A stretch of DNA of 63,132 nt, counting the filler, from Octopus bimaculoides (Eukaryota), in NCBI RefSeq assembly GCF_001194135.2. It is 8 parts of 7 records of this genome, joined end to end, with 100 filler letters (N's around TTAATTAATTAA, not from the genome) between each part and the next. Parts side by side here need not be neighbours in the genome. Positions count along the whole stretch, not along the records: positions 12,410 to 20,878 come from NC_069002.1; positions 20,979 to 27,123 come from NC_068991.1; 6 more parts are not named here. The stretch is one strand, 5' to 3'. The position numbers were made by a program, and so were the translations under genes. Below the pieces are notes generated by a model. That model did not search any database. It had not been told where the DNA came from and saw only the letters and a program-made list of their open reading frames with translations. Positions 13,879 through 27,123 of the stretch are shown one piece after another. Numbering within the stretch: the first letter of the stretch is position 1; every line of letters begins with the position of its first letter.

Positions 13879-14214
13879 CATAACTCAACACACACACACA
13901 CACAAACACATGCACACACATACATAGACATACAACATAACTCAACACATACACAACGAAATAAAATGAAGCGAAAAGAAAGAATAGAAATTCTAGGAAA
14001 TAAAGAGGAGGAGGAGGAGAAAAAGAAGGAGGAAGAGAAGGAAAAGAAGAAGAAGAAAAAGAAGGAGGAGGAGGAGGAGGAGGAAAATAATAATAAGAAG
14101 AAGAATGAGGAGAAGGAGAAAGAGGAGAAGAACCGATAGTGTAAAAGGAGAAGAAGAGGTTAGGGAAGAAAAAGAGAGGAGAGAGAGAGAGAAGTAGTGG
14201 TAATGGTGGTGGTG

Positions 14215-14275
<61 letters not shown>

Positions 14276-14335
14276 ATGGAGAACTTGACGAAAGGGAAGA
14301 AGAAGAAGAAGAAGAAGAAGAAGAAGAAGAATTCT
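12995..14335. repeat. Compound trinucleotide microsatellite cluster (AAT, CAT, CTT, TTA, GAG, GGT, AGT, GAA)
   Basis: Directly visible; source of the poly-amino-acid ORFs. Confidence 0.95.
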
Positions 14336-15083
14336 ACGAATAAAAAAAACAAAGGTGAAAATGAAAGTAGTCGATGAAGTCTACTGGTGGGAAGCGCCAG
14401 TTGTCGGCCATTTTGGAAACTAGTTATAATGAGTTAGACAACAACAAATAAAAAATTGACAATCTTTAGTGATTGGTTGAAGATGTTTAAGCGATACATC
14501 CGTTTTGAGGGCTGTTTCTGATTGAATATTATTGCCCTTGTGTCTTTGAACTGCTCCAAGTGATATCAGTATAAATTGGTGTGTGTCATGCACTTGTAAA
14601 TGTGAAGCATATGCATATGTGTACGTGTAAATGTATGGGCATTTGTACATGAATATATATACGAGTACATGTAAGTATGCGTATGTGTGTATGAATGTGG
14701 AAGTTTGTGTGTATATGTGTATGCGTATGAAATCTATGTGTATATGTCGATGTATGTGTATGTGTAAATGTGTGTGTCAGTGAAGGTGCATGTTTAAATG
14801 TGTATGAATAGGTATGAATATGTATATATGTGGGCTTGAATGTGTAAATGTGTGTGTTTGTGTGTATAAGGATGTGTAAATGTGTGTATATGTGTAGATG
14901 TTACATATGCCCATGTGTGTGCATATGTGTAGGTATGTGTGTATGTGTGTGTATGTGTGTGTATGCACATGTATACGTGTGTATATTGCATACACAAATG
15001 CTTGTATATACAAATGCTCCTCACAGAGCATTTCTACGTGTATGCTATATAGGTGCGTTTCAGCACTCACACACACACACACA

Positions 15084-15125
<42 letters not shown>

Positions 15126-15776
15126 ACACCACACCACACAAACACAGTGAAAATGAGGAAAAGATAAAGTGAGATAGAGGCAAAAAGAGAGACAGTTTTA
15201 GAGGACGAGAGATCGAAGTAGTTGTGTAGAGACATTGAAAGTTAAAGTTAAAGCAGGCTGTTCCGTTGATTGGATCAACTGGAACCCTCGACGTCGTAAG
15301 CGACGAAGTGCCAACAACATATGTGATAAACAGGATAGGCAAACGGTTAAACTAAAACTGAGGTTTCATCAACCCTTGATCTTTTGCCAGTCCAAAGAGT
15401 TTTCATCAGGCTGTTTACAGGTTTTTACATAGCCCTTGTTTTATACGTCATGAGTAATATAAAGCCTTGCTTTCATAAGCCCCGAGTTACTCTGCTGGCT
15501 GTAAAAAGTGGAGAATGTGTATCATGTATGATGCATGAACACCAAAGAAATAGGTCTTGTGCATCATGTGATACACAGGAGAGAGGAAGGGTTAAAATAC
15601 AGCTTCCATTCTTATTAGATGCTGAAGCGTCTTGCACCGTTATTCTGATTTTCACGTTGCCACGTTTCCAAAAGATCCTCAAAGGAAATGTTTAAATAAT
15701 CGTCAACGTAAAACTCAGAGAAATAATTGATAGTATTCAGTTTCTAATAAATATGTGTATGTGCACGTGTGCAAGC

Positions 15777-15845
<69 letters not shown>

Positions 15846-16590
15846 CGTTGTGTTTGTGCNNNNNNNNNNNNNNNNNNNNNNNNNNNNNNNNNNNNNNNNN
15901 NNNNNNNNNNNNNNNNNNNNNNNNNNNNNNNNNNNNNNNNNNNNNNNNNNNNNNNNNNNNNNNNNNNNNNNNNNNNNNNNNNNNNNNNNNNNNNNNNNNN
16001 NNNNNNNNNNNNNNNNNNNNNNNNNNNNNNNNNNNNNNNNNNNNNNNNNNNNNNNNNNNNNNNNNNNNNNNNNNNNNNNNNNNNNNNNNNNNNNNNNNNN
16101 NNNNNNNNNNNNNNNNNNNNNNNNNNNNNNNNNNNNNNNNNNNNNNNNNNNNNNNNNNNNNNNNNNNNNNNNNNNNNNNNNNNNNNNNNNNNNNNNNNNN
16201 NNNNNNNNNNNNNNNNNNNNNNNNNNNNNNNNNNNNNNNNNNNNNNNNNNNNNNNNNNNNNNNNNNNNNNNNNNNNNNNNNNNNNNNNNNNNNNNNNNNN
16301 NNNNNNNNNNNNNNNNNNNNNNNNNNNNNNNNNNNNNNNNNNNNNNNNNNNNNNNNNNNNNNNNNNNNNNNNNNNNNNNNNNNNNNNNNNNNNNNNNNNN
16401 NNNNNNNNNNNNNNNNNNNNNNNNNNNNNNNNNNNNNNNNNNNNNNNNNNNNNNNNNNNNNNNNNNNNNNNNNNNNNNNNNNNNNNNNNNNNNNNNNNNN
16501 NNNNNNNNNNNNNNNNNNAAATTATTCCAACAAAGAACACAAGACAGACCCAAACAAAAACAAAAAAAAAAGAAACGAATAATAATAACG

Positions 16591-16645
<55 letters not shown>

Positions 16646-16979
16646 TGATAATAATAATAATAACAAACAGAAATAGAAAAGAATATGGCAGCGGTTTTTT
16701 GTGCGCCATAAATGTGCTGCGGAAATGCAAAATATATTTAGGATAAAACAGACGAGAGTGAAAAACCGTAAATAAAATATCCGTTTAGCAAAGATTTATT
16801 TATCAGGAATTGGAAGAGGAATCCACATGAAAATCTATAATACGCTGAAAGAGTCTTGGAGTAAAAGAAACAAATAGGTTACGATTATCGTTCAAATAAA
16901 TCGGCGTTTATTTGACCATTCACTCACCACCCGGGCAACAAAAGCAACGCACACATATATATATAGAGAGGTATATAAA

Positions 16980-17017
<38 letters not shown>

Positions 17018-17817
17018 ATGTGTGTGTGTACTGAGTAAAATGATAAGGGATGTTATATACACTTATATACATATCAATACATATGTACGCATATATATGA
17101 ATATATAAATGAATATACACACACACGCACATATACACACACACACATNNNNNNNNNNNNNNNNNNNNNNNNNNNNNNNNNNNNNNNNNNNNNNNNNNNN
17201 NNNNNNNNNNNNNNNNNNNNNNNNNNNNNNNNNNNNNNNNNNNNNNNNNNNNNNNNNNNNNNNNNNNNNNNNNNNNNNNNNNNNNNNNNNNNNNNNNNNN
17301 NNNNNNNNNNNNNNNNNNNNNNNNNNNNNNNNNNNNNNNNNNNNNNNNNNNNNNNNNNNNNNNNNNNNNNNNNNNNNNNNNNNNNNNNNNNNNNNNNNNN
17401 NNNNNNNNNNNNNNNNNNNNNNNNNNNNNNNNNNNNNNNNNNNNNNNNNNNNNNNNNNNNNNNNNNNNNNNNNNNNNNNNNNNNNNNNNNNNNNNNNNNN
17501 NNNNNNNNNNNNNNNNNNNNNNNNNNNNNNNNNATATATATATATATATATGAATGCATGTATGTATATTTATAATCTGCAATAGTAGAAGGGAAACAAA
17601 TCAAATCTTGGACTGGAAATACACAGTATTTTATATATATATATATATATATACGTGCGTACGTATATATACATGAACGTGCCTATTCGTTTAGATCACC
17701 AGTAAACCTCTCATATTCTATATATAAATGTCTGTATGTCTGTATGTATATGTGTATATATATACAAACATATATATCGACATTCGTGTGTGTATGTGTG
17801 TATATATATATAAGTAC

Positions 17818-17877
<60 letters not shown>

Positions 17878-18389
17878 CATACTTATATATATGAATGCTA
17901 TATTGGAAGAGAGCAAATGAAATGAGAGTAAATGAACGTGTAAACGCAGAAAGGGGCAGAAAAAAAAAATAAACACAAGAAGTAAAAATAGAGAAAATAT
18001 GCAACATAGAATATTTGATGTAGAAGGAACCGAAAATCCAAGATTTGCAATAAAGAGATAAATATATAAACTTATGAAGTGTGGATACAATAATTCCAAA
18101 TACATATTCAATACCCTTGTACAAAATATAAAGTCAGGCTTTATATCCAGGCGGTTTCTCATCTATTTTTTATATTAAATTTATTTATCTTTCTCATTTT
18201 TTCCTACGTATCTTCAATAACGGCACTATTAAGACTTTTATCTTATATACACACGTCTATTAATGGACGTATGCATTTATGTGTGTGTGTGTGTGTGTGT
18301 GTGTGTGAGTGTGTGCGTGTGTGTGTGTGTGCGTGTGTGTGAGTGTTTACATGTATGTATATGTAAATATATATATATATATATATATA

Positions 18390-18597
18390 TACATTGCGGA
18401 GATGTACTTGCATAGCAAGTGACCTGATCTGAGATCGTGTGCTGGAATGAAAACAATTGCAGCGTGGAAGGTGTTTATAAGCCATTTAAAATAACACACA
18501 AACACCGTTAGATTCACTTCAACATTTAAATTTAATTTGTTAAAATATTTTCGTCGCTTTGAGACCGCGACCTGTTCACTGACAAAATTCTGTGCTA
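18390..18597. repeat. Interspersed repeat family G (second copy at 135-275)
   Basis: Near-identical TTGCAGCGTGGAAGGTGTTTATAAG...CCGTTAGATTCACTTCAACATTTAAATT...GAGACCGCGACCTGTTCACTGACAAAATTCTGTG in two segments. Confidence 0.8.
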
Positions 18598-18609
18598 CAT
18601 CTCTGTATT

Positions 18610-18656
<47 letters not shown>

Positions 18657-18718
18657 ATGTACGTATATATACATGTTTATTTGGTTTTACAAATCTATAT
18701 ACATACATCATATTGGAT

Positions 18719-19040
18719 GATCCCCTTCGGTCATGAATGACCGTGGGTTTGCACCTAGAAAGTTACCCTCCGAGGCACAAGTCTGGACAAGGTTGTTTTA
18801 TGGAAAACCGACACAGTCGCCCATGCATACCAGCCCCCTCTCTCCACTTCACTGAAAGGTAAAGGCCGATACAGCTTGGCACCAATGACGTCGCAACTCA
18901 TTTCTACAGCTAAGTGACCTGGACGAACGTGAAATAAAGTTTCTTGCTCAAGAACACAACACGCAGCCCTGTCCGGGAATCGAGCTCACAACCTCACGAT
19001 CGTAAGCTCGACGCTTTAACCACTGAGCCACGCGCCTTCA
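18719..19040 (-). mobile_element. SINE family B
   Basis: Full-length homolog of 10585-10924. Confidence 0.87.
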
Positions 19041-19129
19041 TTTATATCATGTATATATAAATTCCAAACCACAATTAGAGATAAAATTTCGAAGGCAATG
19101 AACAATAAAAACATTTACCATCTAACTCC

Positions 19130-19725
19130 TGGACCAATTGGTTTCAGACTTTTTCTTTTAGCAAATAAAATAATTTGCTAGGCGAAGCCTTCTTCAGCAG
19201 GTACACCTTAGATTAAATATATATACACGAGGCAATCCAGTATATGCCCCGTGCTTATACATTCTAATTTTTCAAATCTACCGCGCAAGCGCAGCTCCTT
19301 GTCGGCAATAAATAAATATGCTGGATTTTTCATTTCCAAAATTATCCAAGAAAAAATTATAAATAATTAATAATATCAAAGGGTAATCTGAAATATTAGA
19401 AATTTCCATTACCAGTGGCCTAGCGTGTAAAAATTTAGCCAATAGACTATATATTATTCATATAAATACAGTGTACATTTAAACACATAAGAGGTATCCA
19501 TCATAGGACCAACTGCACGCTAGAAAGAACAGCTAAGTTCGAAACCACTATTAGGGATAAACTTCGAAGGGAATGAAAAATAAAAAACATTTACCATCTA
19601 ACTCCTGGATCAGATCGTTTCAGACTTTTACTTTTAGCAAATAAAATATATATTTAATCTAAGATGGATTCGCCTAGCAAATTATTTTATTTGCTAAAAG
19701 AAAAAGTCTGAAACCATTTGGTCCA
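19130..19725. mobile_element. Fold-back/MITE-like element with 57-bp inverted repeats
   Basis: 19130-19186 and 19669-19725 are inverted with one mismatch. No clear TSD. Confidence 0.6.
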
Positions 19726-20512
19726 TGTAGACAGAGGTCAATGCTAACTAAGTAAGGTAAAAACACGTGAGTCAGATTTTCAGCCGTGGTCTCATGGTAT
19801 TAAGTCTTTCAGGCGCGAGATAGATAGCCCCCCCCCCCCAAAAAAAATACAGAAAATTCTAGGATAAAAAATTCTAGGACAAAATTTTGTACTCTTGTTT
19901 TTTAGTCGACTGACCTTTGGCACAAAATGGATTCAACTGGAAAGATATTCCGTTTGTATCGCAGAAATTGTTGTCAGATGTAAGGGTAGCTTCTGATTGG
20001 CTGACAGATGATGTGGTACGTTCTCTGAGCTACCGACCATGCAGCAAAAAGAATTTTAAGTTTCGGTACGAAACATATATCACCGCTTATTAAACTAATA
20101 CAAATAAGCTTGAAAGAGTTTAATACAAGAATATACTTACAAACATTCATGGGCATAGCTGTGTGGTTAAGAAAGCTTGCAATGCAATCACAAGGTTTCG
20201 GGTTCAACCCCACTTTGCGTCACATTAAACAAGTGTTTTCTCATATACAGTTGTGGGCTGACCAATAACTTGTGACTGAATTTGGAAACTTTGTGGAAGC
20301 CCGTCGTATGTAAGTATGTGTACTTGTGTGTGTGTAGGGGATGTTTCTATGTGGCCTGCTTGTTTGTTGCACCTTGTTTACCATTCTTGTCCTTGTTCTT
20401 TTGCCACGTCATGTACCCAGTTATGTATCTATATGTACATGTGGATGAACGTATATACATACATGCACATATATATGCATATACTCATATATTGTTTATA
20501 TATATATATATA

Positions 20513-20849
20513 CTTTTACTTGTTTCAGTCATTTGACTGCAGCCATGCTGGAGCACCGCCTTGAAGTGTTTTTGTCGAACAATTTGACCCCAAGACTTAA
20601 TTCTTAGCCTAGCACTGCTTCCCTCATCACCGGGTGTCAAGCGGTGATGGGGGACAAACACCGAAACATAGACACACACACAGACAGATACACACACACA
20701 CACATACATGCGACAGGCTTCTTTCAGTTTCCGTCTACCGAATCCACTCACAAGGCTTTGGTCGTCCCGATGCCATTGTAGAAGACACTTGCCTAAGGTG
20801 CCACGCGTTGGGACTGAACTAGGAACCATGTGTTTCGGAAGCAAGTTTC
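20513..20849 (-). mobile_element. SINE family A (tail partly deleted)
   Basis: Same head/microsatellite/tail layout. Confidence 0.82.
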
Positions 20850-20978
20850 AACTAGTAAAGATAACGAATGAAATTAGGNNNNNNNNNNNNNNNNNNNNNN
20901 NNNNNNNNNNNNNNNNNNNNNNTTAATTAATTAANNNNNNNNNNNNNNNNNNNNNNNNNNNNNNNNNNNNNNNNNNNN

Positions 20979-21810
20979 ATCAGCTCTCTGCTCCTCTTCC
21001 TGTGACTGTTTCCTCTCCTCTATCACGCTTTCTTGCGTTTCCATTTCTTTGTTTTCCATTATTTCTGGGCACCTTCTTCTAATGTGACCTCTTTTGCCAC
21101 ATTCGTAGAACTTTGGAGGTCTCCCCTCCAACATTATGTCCAGTTTGTCCTCGTTAGGCAGTTCCAGTGTCTCCGGTATGTCACTGTAAACTTTCTGACT
21201 TGCTATAAAAAGCACCACCAATCCATACCCCCAGCAATTTATTTGTTGGGTTCTGCTTATCATAATTATCCTTACATCTTCTCTTTCAGGAAAAACTGCT
21301 GCCATTACCCATTCCAACTCTATTTTCGGTGGGATCCTACCCACTCTAATCCACGTTGGACGTCTACCCAACATATTGGGAAAGAGCATCCAATTTCATT
21401 CAGTTAACGTCTTATTGGCGTATTTCTTTGCTGCCTCCTCCGATACAAATGTAATCTCTACAGACGCGTATGTCTTGTCTCTTGTAAAAAACGACACATC
21501 TTCTTGCAATTCCTTCAAACACTCCTCCACCTCCTCCTTCGTTGCACTCTCTATTCTTCTATTTTTCCTTGAAATGATTTATACTCCACGACTCCAATTT
21601 CCATCTTCGTCCTTTCGTCCTCTGATGGGGTCAACTTTACGTTTGGCCCCCTCCTTTTTTATCATTTCTTTATATTTTCCAACCTTCTCAGCCATGTCTT
21701 CATTCCAATGTATGTCATATTGCTTCAACAGGCCTGGGACGACGGAAGCTCGACTCCCCGTCGCTGCTGCATACGTCTGCATTTTCTCCATCTCAGCAAC
21801 GCCCACCAAA
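20979..21810 (-). mobile_element. Non-LTR retrotransposon ORF1 (gag-like, zinc knuckle), pseudogenised and cut by the spacer
   Basis: ORF-track pieces 21579-21809 and 20931-21389 are in the same frame and separated by only two stops. Contains LEGRPPK(F)YECGKRGHIRRRCP, a CxxCxxxGHxxxxC knuckle with the first C changed to F, followed by a charged tail. Confidence 0.7.
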
Positions 21811-21888
21811 CAATAGTGGCGTTATACTACAAAAAAAATCGCAGCGAGTAATAACACGTCCGACCAGTAAACTCACAAAGCCGTTATA

Positions 21889-22165
21889 CCGCTAAGCACT
21901 TCGACCGGCGTGCTAACGTTTCCTATTTCTTTATTGCCCACAAGGGGCTAAACATAGACGGGACAAACAAGGACAGACAAAGGGATTAAGTCGATTACAT
22001 CGACCCCAGTGCGTAACTGGTACTTAATTTATCGACCCCGAAAGGATGAAAGGCAAAGTCGACCTCGGCGAAATTTGAGCTCAGAACATAAAGACAGACG
22101 AACTCAGAACGGAACGGCTAAGCATTTCGCCCGGCGTGCTAACGTTTCTGCCAGCTCGCCGCCTT
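21889..22165 (-). mobile_element. SINE family D
   Basis: Head AAGGCGGCGAGCTGGCAGAAACGTTAGCACGCCGGGCGAAATGC and central GTCGACTTTGCCTTTCATCCTTTCGGGGTCGATAAATTAAGTACCAG. Confidence 0.85.
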
Positions 22166-22599
22166 ACTAACAACAGATATTGACTGCGTAAAGGCATACC
22201 GTTATGGTTGTACAATATGGTTCATTTATTTACTCACATTGCCGATGGTTCGAATCTGCGTCACAGGACCATTATCAGCCAAAAATTTTCATTCAAAACA
22301 AGACAGTTTTTCAGCCTTTTAAAGAGGAATGCAACAGCTTAGCAGCAATGTTTATATCAAAGGAATGTCATTGTAATTCACCGTTACCAATGTTAGCAAA
22401 TTAACTGGCGTGTTGTTGCTGTCAACGAATGTTAAATAAGCCGCAATCAAATCTGAGAGAGAATTCGTATTGCTGCCATGAGCGATTCGCTTTAATATCT
22501 TAATATCATTACAAATTACATTATTTTTTCAGTACTTCACAAACACGTTGTGATACTCTGTTGCTTCTAACCCAGAACTATGTGGTTGGTAAGCAAGCT

Positions 22600-22746
22600 A
22601 CTTACCACACAGCCACTGAAATACAGTTGCTTTCAATTTGCTTCAGAAAGCGGTCTATGTTTGTGACGGTTAATTGGGATGGGGCGCTATAAATGTGGCC
22701 TGGATGCCACGGGGACGGCAGCCCGAAAAAGTTTGGGAATCACTGG
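22600..22746. mobile_element. hAT-type MITE right end
   Basis: Ends in aaaagtttgggaatcactg, the reverse complement of CAGTGATTCCCAAAC, typical of Charlie/Tip100-like termini. A similar left end, CAGTGCTCCGCAACCTTTTT, occurs at about 25556. Confidence 0.45.
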
Positions 22747-23702
22747 GCTAGACGATGTGTTGCGTTCTTGAGCAAAACACTCCATTTCACATTGCTCCAG
22801 TCCACAAAATAATTACAGTCTGAAAGAAATTCATAGAATGTGTATTTTTCTTTTCAAGTTTTCCTGCATAGAACGTAAGTAGTTTAGCGATCGAAGGTGT
22901 CTACATAGAATGTAACTGTTCCCAAGGAATTCTACCTTGCAAAGGTTTTCTTATAGAAGCTAATATTTCGTCATGCCAAAAGAACCAATGAAAAACAACA
23001 ACAACGACAACAAAAAGACATCCAGAATAATAACAGGGAAAAGCTAACCCACCTATACACTTGAAAAAGTGACGTCATTTCAAAAGCAGCAAACACAAAA
23101 ATATGATGTTTATCTTAAAACTAGTTACGAAGATATAATATCTCAGAGATAAATAGATACGACTAAAATAAGTTTGTCTTCAAAGACAAAAACGTAAATA
23201 GGACAGCAACTCCCAAAGATATATACAGAACTATTACTTTGACACAATATGATGTTAAAAGTTTTATTTTTACATCATATAGGATTATATTTGTACACCT
23301 AGTTCAAATATGTAACAGAAGTGAAACGGCTCCAGTTTATAGATGTGTGTGTGTGTGTTGGTGTGTGTGTCAGTACCATAATAGAAAACTGTAAAAATAG
23401 GTGTATTCTAAATGAAGTCTTTATAGATGTTATCACTTACAGGAAATATTGAGATGTAGATCAAGTAAGGTCGTTAGTCTAGGAAGGAAGAAAACTAAAT
23501 ATCAAAAGAAATTTTAATTATTTTAATATCCTCTAAATTTAGAATTTTCCTGGCCGCTCTCTCAGCTCGTAGTTCTAGGTGTGACTTTCACTTTCGTTGA
23601 GGATTCGGCCCCTTCTGTTTTCCCCTCCCTGATTCTTTGCTCCCCACACTTTCGCTCTTCTCTTATTCCACTCCCCCCCTCTCTCTCTAAAACACTTACA
23701 CG

Positions 23703-23740
<38 letters not shown>

Positions 23741-24545
23741 CTCTCTCTCTTTCACTCTCCCTCTTTTTCTGACCTTCACTCTCATTCGCACGTCCCTAAA
23801 TTAAGAATTATATTAGTGGCTTTTACTTAAATATGCTTAAATAATTATTTGTCTGCCGTTGGTCCCCCGCCAACCACCACCACCACTCAGTTTAATTTGC
23901 GTTTCCTCCGCTACCCCTCCCCGCTTGAATACCACCACCAACAACACCTCCACCTCCTCATACTCAGCCTTCTCCTCCTCTTACTTCGACTGACTTAAGT
24001 CTTTCTATCTACTCCCTCCAATTCTAGCTTCACCCGCTTCCTTTTTTCTCATTGAACTTCTCACCCCTCGACTTCCCCGTTCAAACAACACCTTCCTTAC
24101 AGTTATTATCATATTTTGAACCCTTCTTCTTCTTCTTCTTCTTCTTCTTTCTCTTCGTCGTCGTCATTGTTGTTTAACTGCAGGTCAGCGATGGTCGGCG
24201 CAGCCATGACAAAGTCGCTTGCATTATTTTTTTTTTATTTCAAGCATTTAGGAATGCATTATTCAACGTGTCACCCCAACCACCACTTTTCAAGACGCTT
24301 GAGTGCAACATAAGGGAGATGTGATTGCTATATCAAGCAGATCGAACGAACATGGAGAGGCCGTGACTGAGAACCCGAGAATCGTTGAGAGCAACCTTTT
24401 AAGCAAGACAATACTAGATAAAGAAACAGGTGGTGTACAAGCTAATAAAAAACAAACCACAGAGAAATACACGCACAAATGTAATGCAATGAAGACACCA
24501 GGCACCATACCTATTAAAAATACACAAACCCCCACATAGAGAGTC

Positions 24546-24867
24546 TAGTGGAACCTCGGTTTACGAACGCCTTTCATCACAAACAAATTGGTTTACGGAC
24601 AATTTCTCGAACATAAAACGTATCGGGTGACAAACGACACCTCGAGTAACGAGCACGCAAGCCAGCAACAACATTTGGCGACGACCTGGTAGTATCAGCG
24701 AGAGAGCTTCAGTTGCTGGCTAATTTTCGCTCAATGCACAGCCATGCTCGAATTCGTCGTGGCTTCTCTTGAATTTCCTATGCGAAAAATAGTTTTCGGT
24801 TTACGAACATCTCGGGTGACGAACGGCCTTCAGGGACGAATTATATTCGTATACCGTAGTTCTGCTA
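24546..24867. mobile_element. Tigger-like MITE, degenerate right end
   Basis: Left end (t)AGTGGAACCTCGGTTTACGAAC, internal repeats of GGTTTACG(A/G)AC, and right end TTCGTATACCGTAGTTCTGCTA. Confidence 0.62.
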
Positions 24868-25080
24868 TATTACATAAATCAACTGCATACTAACCAATAC
24901 GATTAGATGAACACATTAACAGAAATCTTACAAAACAAACTGCAAAATGCAATATACTAAACTATACATTAACTGTAATAGTTTACTCCCAAATCATTAA
25001 AATAATAAACCTTATCACCGATAAACAACGAGCATTACATATGCAAACAAACTGCTCCTGACTATTGCGATTTGTGAAGT

Positions 25081-25460
25081 TGGTAAGACGTTTACTTCCC
25101 AGCCACATGGTTCCGGGTTCAGTCCCACTGCGTGGCACCTTAGGTAAGTGTCTTTTATTATAGTTTCGAGCCGACCAAAGCCTTGTAGGTGGAGTTGGTA
25201 GACGGAAACTCAAAGAAGACCGTCATATATATATATATGTATATATATATATAGTGAGTGTGTGTGTCTTTGTTTGTCCCAGCACCAAAAACTTGACAAC
25301 CAGTGTTAGTGTGTTTACGTCCCCCGCAACGTAGCGGTTCGGCAAAACAGACCGATAGAATAAGTACTAAGCTAACAAGGAATAAGTCCTGGGGTCGATT
25401 TGTTCGACTAAAGGCGGTGCTCCAGCATGGTCGCAGTCAAATGACTGAAACAAGTAAAAG
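25081..25460 (+). mobile_element. SINE family A
   Basis: Near-complete copy. Confidence 0.85.
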
Positions 25461-25686
25461 ACTGAAAGAGAACGTACAACGGTATTGTCACAAACGAAAA
25501 AAAATGGCGGAAAAATCTTATGGTGGAAATTAGAATTCTGGTGCTGTTATCTACACCAGTGCTCCGCAACCTTTTTTCACTTGCGATACACTTATATTTC
25601 TCTCAGAATTCGGCGGCACACCTCAACTAAAAATATAACTAAAAGTATAGGGAGAACATTATATTCAGGTTACACTACAACACACC

Positions 25687-26034
25687 GTGGGGGCGCAATG
25701 GCCCAGTGGTTAGGGCAGCGGACCGGGCATTGTGAATGTTTATTGAGCGAGAAAACACCTAAAGCTCCACGAGGCTCCGGCATGGGATGGTGGCGAACCC
25801 TGCTGTATTTTCTCACCACAACTTTCTCTCATTCTTTCTTCCTGTTTCTGCTATACCTGTATTTCGAAGGGCCTGCCTTGTCACACTTTGTGTCACGCTG
25901 AATCTCCCCGAGGACTACGTTAAGGGTACGCGTGTCTGTGGAGTGCTCAGCCACTTGCACGTTAATTTCACGAGCAGGCTGTTCCTTTGGCCGGATCAAC
26001 TGGAACCCTCGTCGTCGTAACCGACGGAGTGCCA
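25687..26034 (+). mobile_element. SINE family C (tRNA-derived)
   Basis: Head GGCGCAATGGCCCAGTGGTTAGGGCAGCG and 3' end CAACTGGAACCCTCG.CGTCGTAA.CGACGGAGTGCCA. Confidence 0.85.
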
Positions 26035-26816
26035 CAGCACACCCAGCATCGTTTCGAGGCACACCAGTTTGCCGCAGCACATCGGTCACTGAGCACTGAT
26101 CTAGATCAATCACATGGAACCTGAGAACAATAAAAAGGTAATGCCACAACGCACTCCAGCGTCCCTTTATCCAGAAGATGAGCCTGTGAAGGTCATCAGT
26201 GTTCCATACAAAGTGCAAGAAACTCATACCAAAATATGAAAAAGGAAAAGAAAATTTATAAAAAAGACAAAACTAGAACACAGTCGTGTTTTCAATGAAA
26301 CAAATATTTTTTGTATCTATGTCTTTGCATCTGTTTTTTTTTTTTGCTTGTGTAGTTCTTCCCTCTTGGTGTGTGCGTGTGTGTGTATGCGCGCGCGTGT
26401 GTGTGTGTGTGTATGTATATGTATATATATAACAAACGAAAGACAGAGGATGGAATATACGAGAATATATTATNNNNNNNNNNNNNNNNNNNNNNNNNNN
26501 NNNNNNNNNNNNNNNNNNNNNNNNNNNNNNNNNNNNNNNNNNNNNNNNNNNNNNNNNNNNNNNNNNNNNNNNNNNNNNNNNNNNNNNNNNNNNNNNNNNN
26601 NNNNNNNNNNNNNNNNNNNNNNNNNNNNNNNNNNNNNNNNNNNNNNNNNNNNNNNNNNNNNNNNNNNNNNNNNNNNNNNNNNNNNNNNNNNNNNNNNNNN
26701 NNNNNNNNNNNNNNNNNNNNNNNNNNTGTTGAGTATAACGAAAAAACACTTATACATACACACACATACATACATACATACATACATACATACATACATA
26801 CACACATACATACATA

Positions 26817-26852
<36 letters not shown>

Positions 26853-26900
26853 CACATATATACGCGGATACAAACATATATAATGCTATGTATATATATG

Positions 26901-26945
<45 letters not shown>

Positions 26946-27086
26946 TACATACATACATACACACACATTTATATACACATATATACGCAGATACAAACAT
27001 ACATAATGCTATGTATATATGTATATATATATGTATGTGTATGTATGTATGTATGTATATATATGTATATAAATGTGTGTGTATGC

Positions 27087-27123
<37 letters not shown>

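Noticed and set aside
24303-24539. 78-aa ORF with ordinary amino-acid composition
   Set aside because: No motif, splice support or start context.
25829-26020. ORFs within SINEs (also 32707-33030, 38365-38559, 10580-10771 and 61510-61860)
   Set aside because: Open frames in multi-copy non-coding SINE bodies; not conserved between copies.
26036-26240. GC-richer, coding-looking stretch after SINE C (MEPENNKKVMPQRTPASLYPEDEPVK...)
   Set aside because: Only 41 codons, with no recognisable homology or consistent splice signals.
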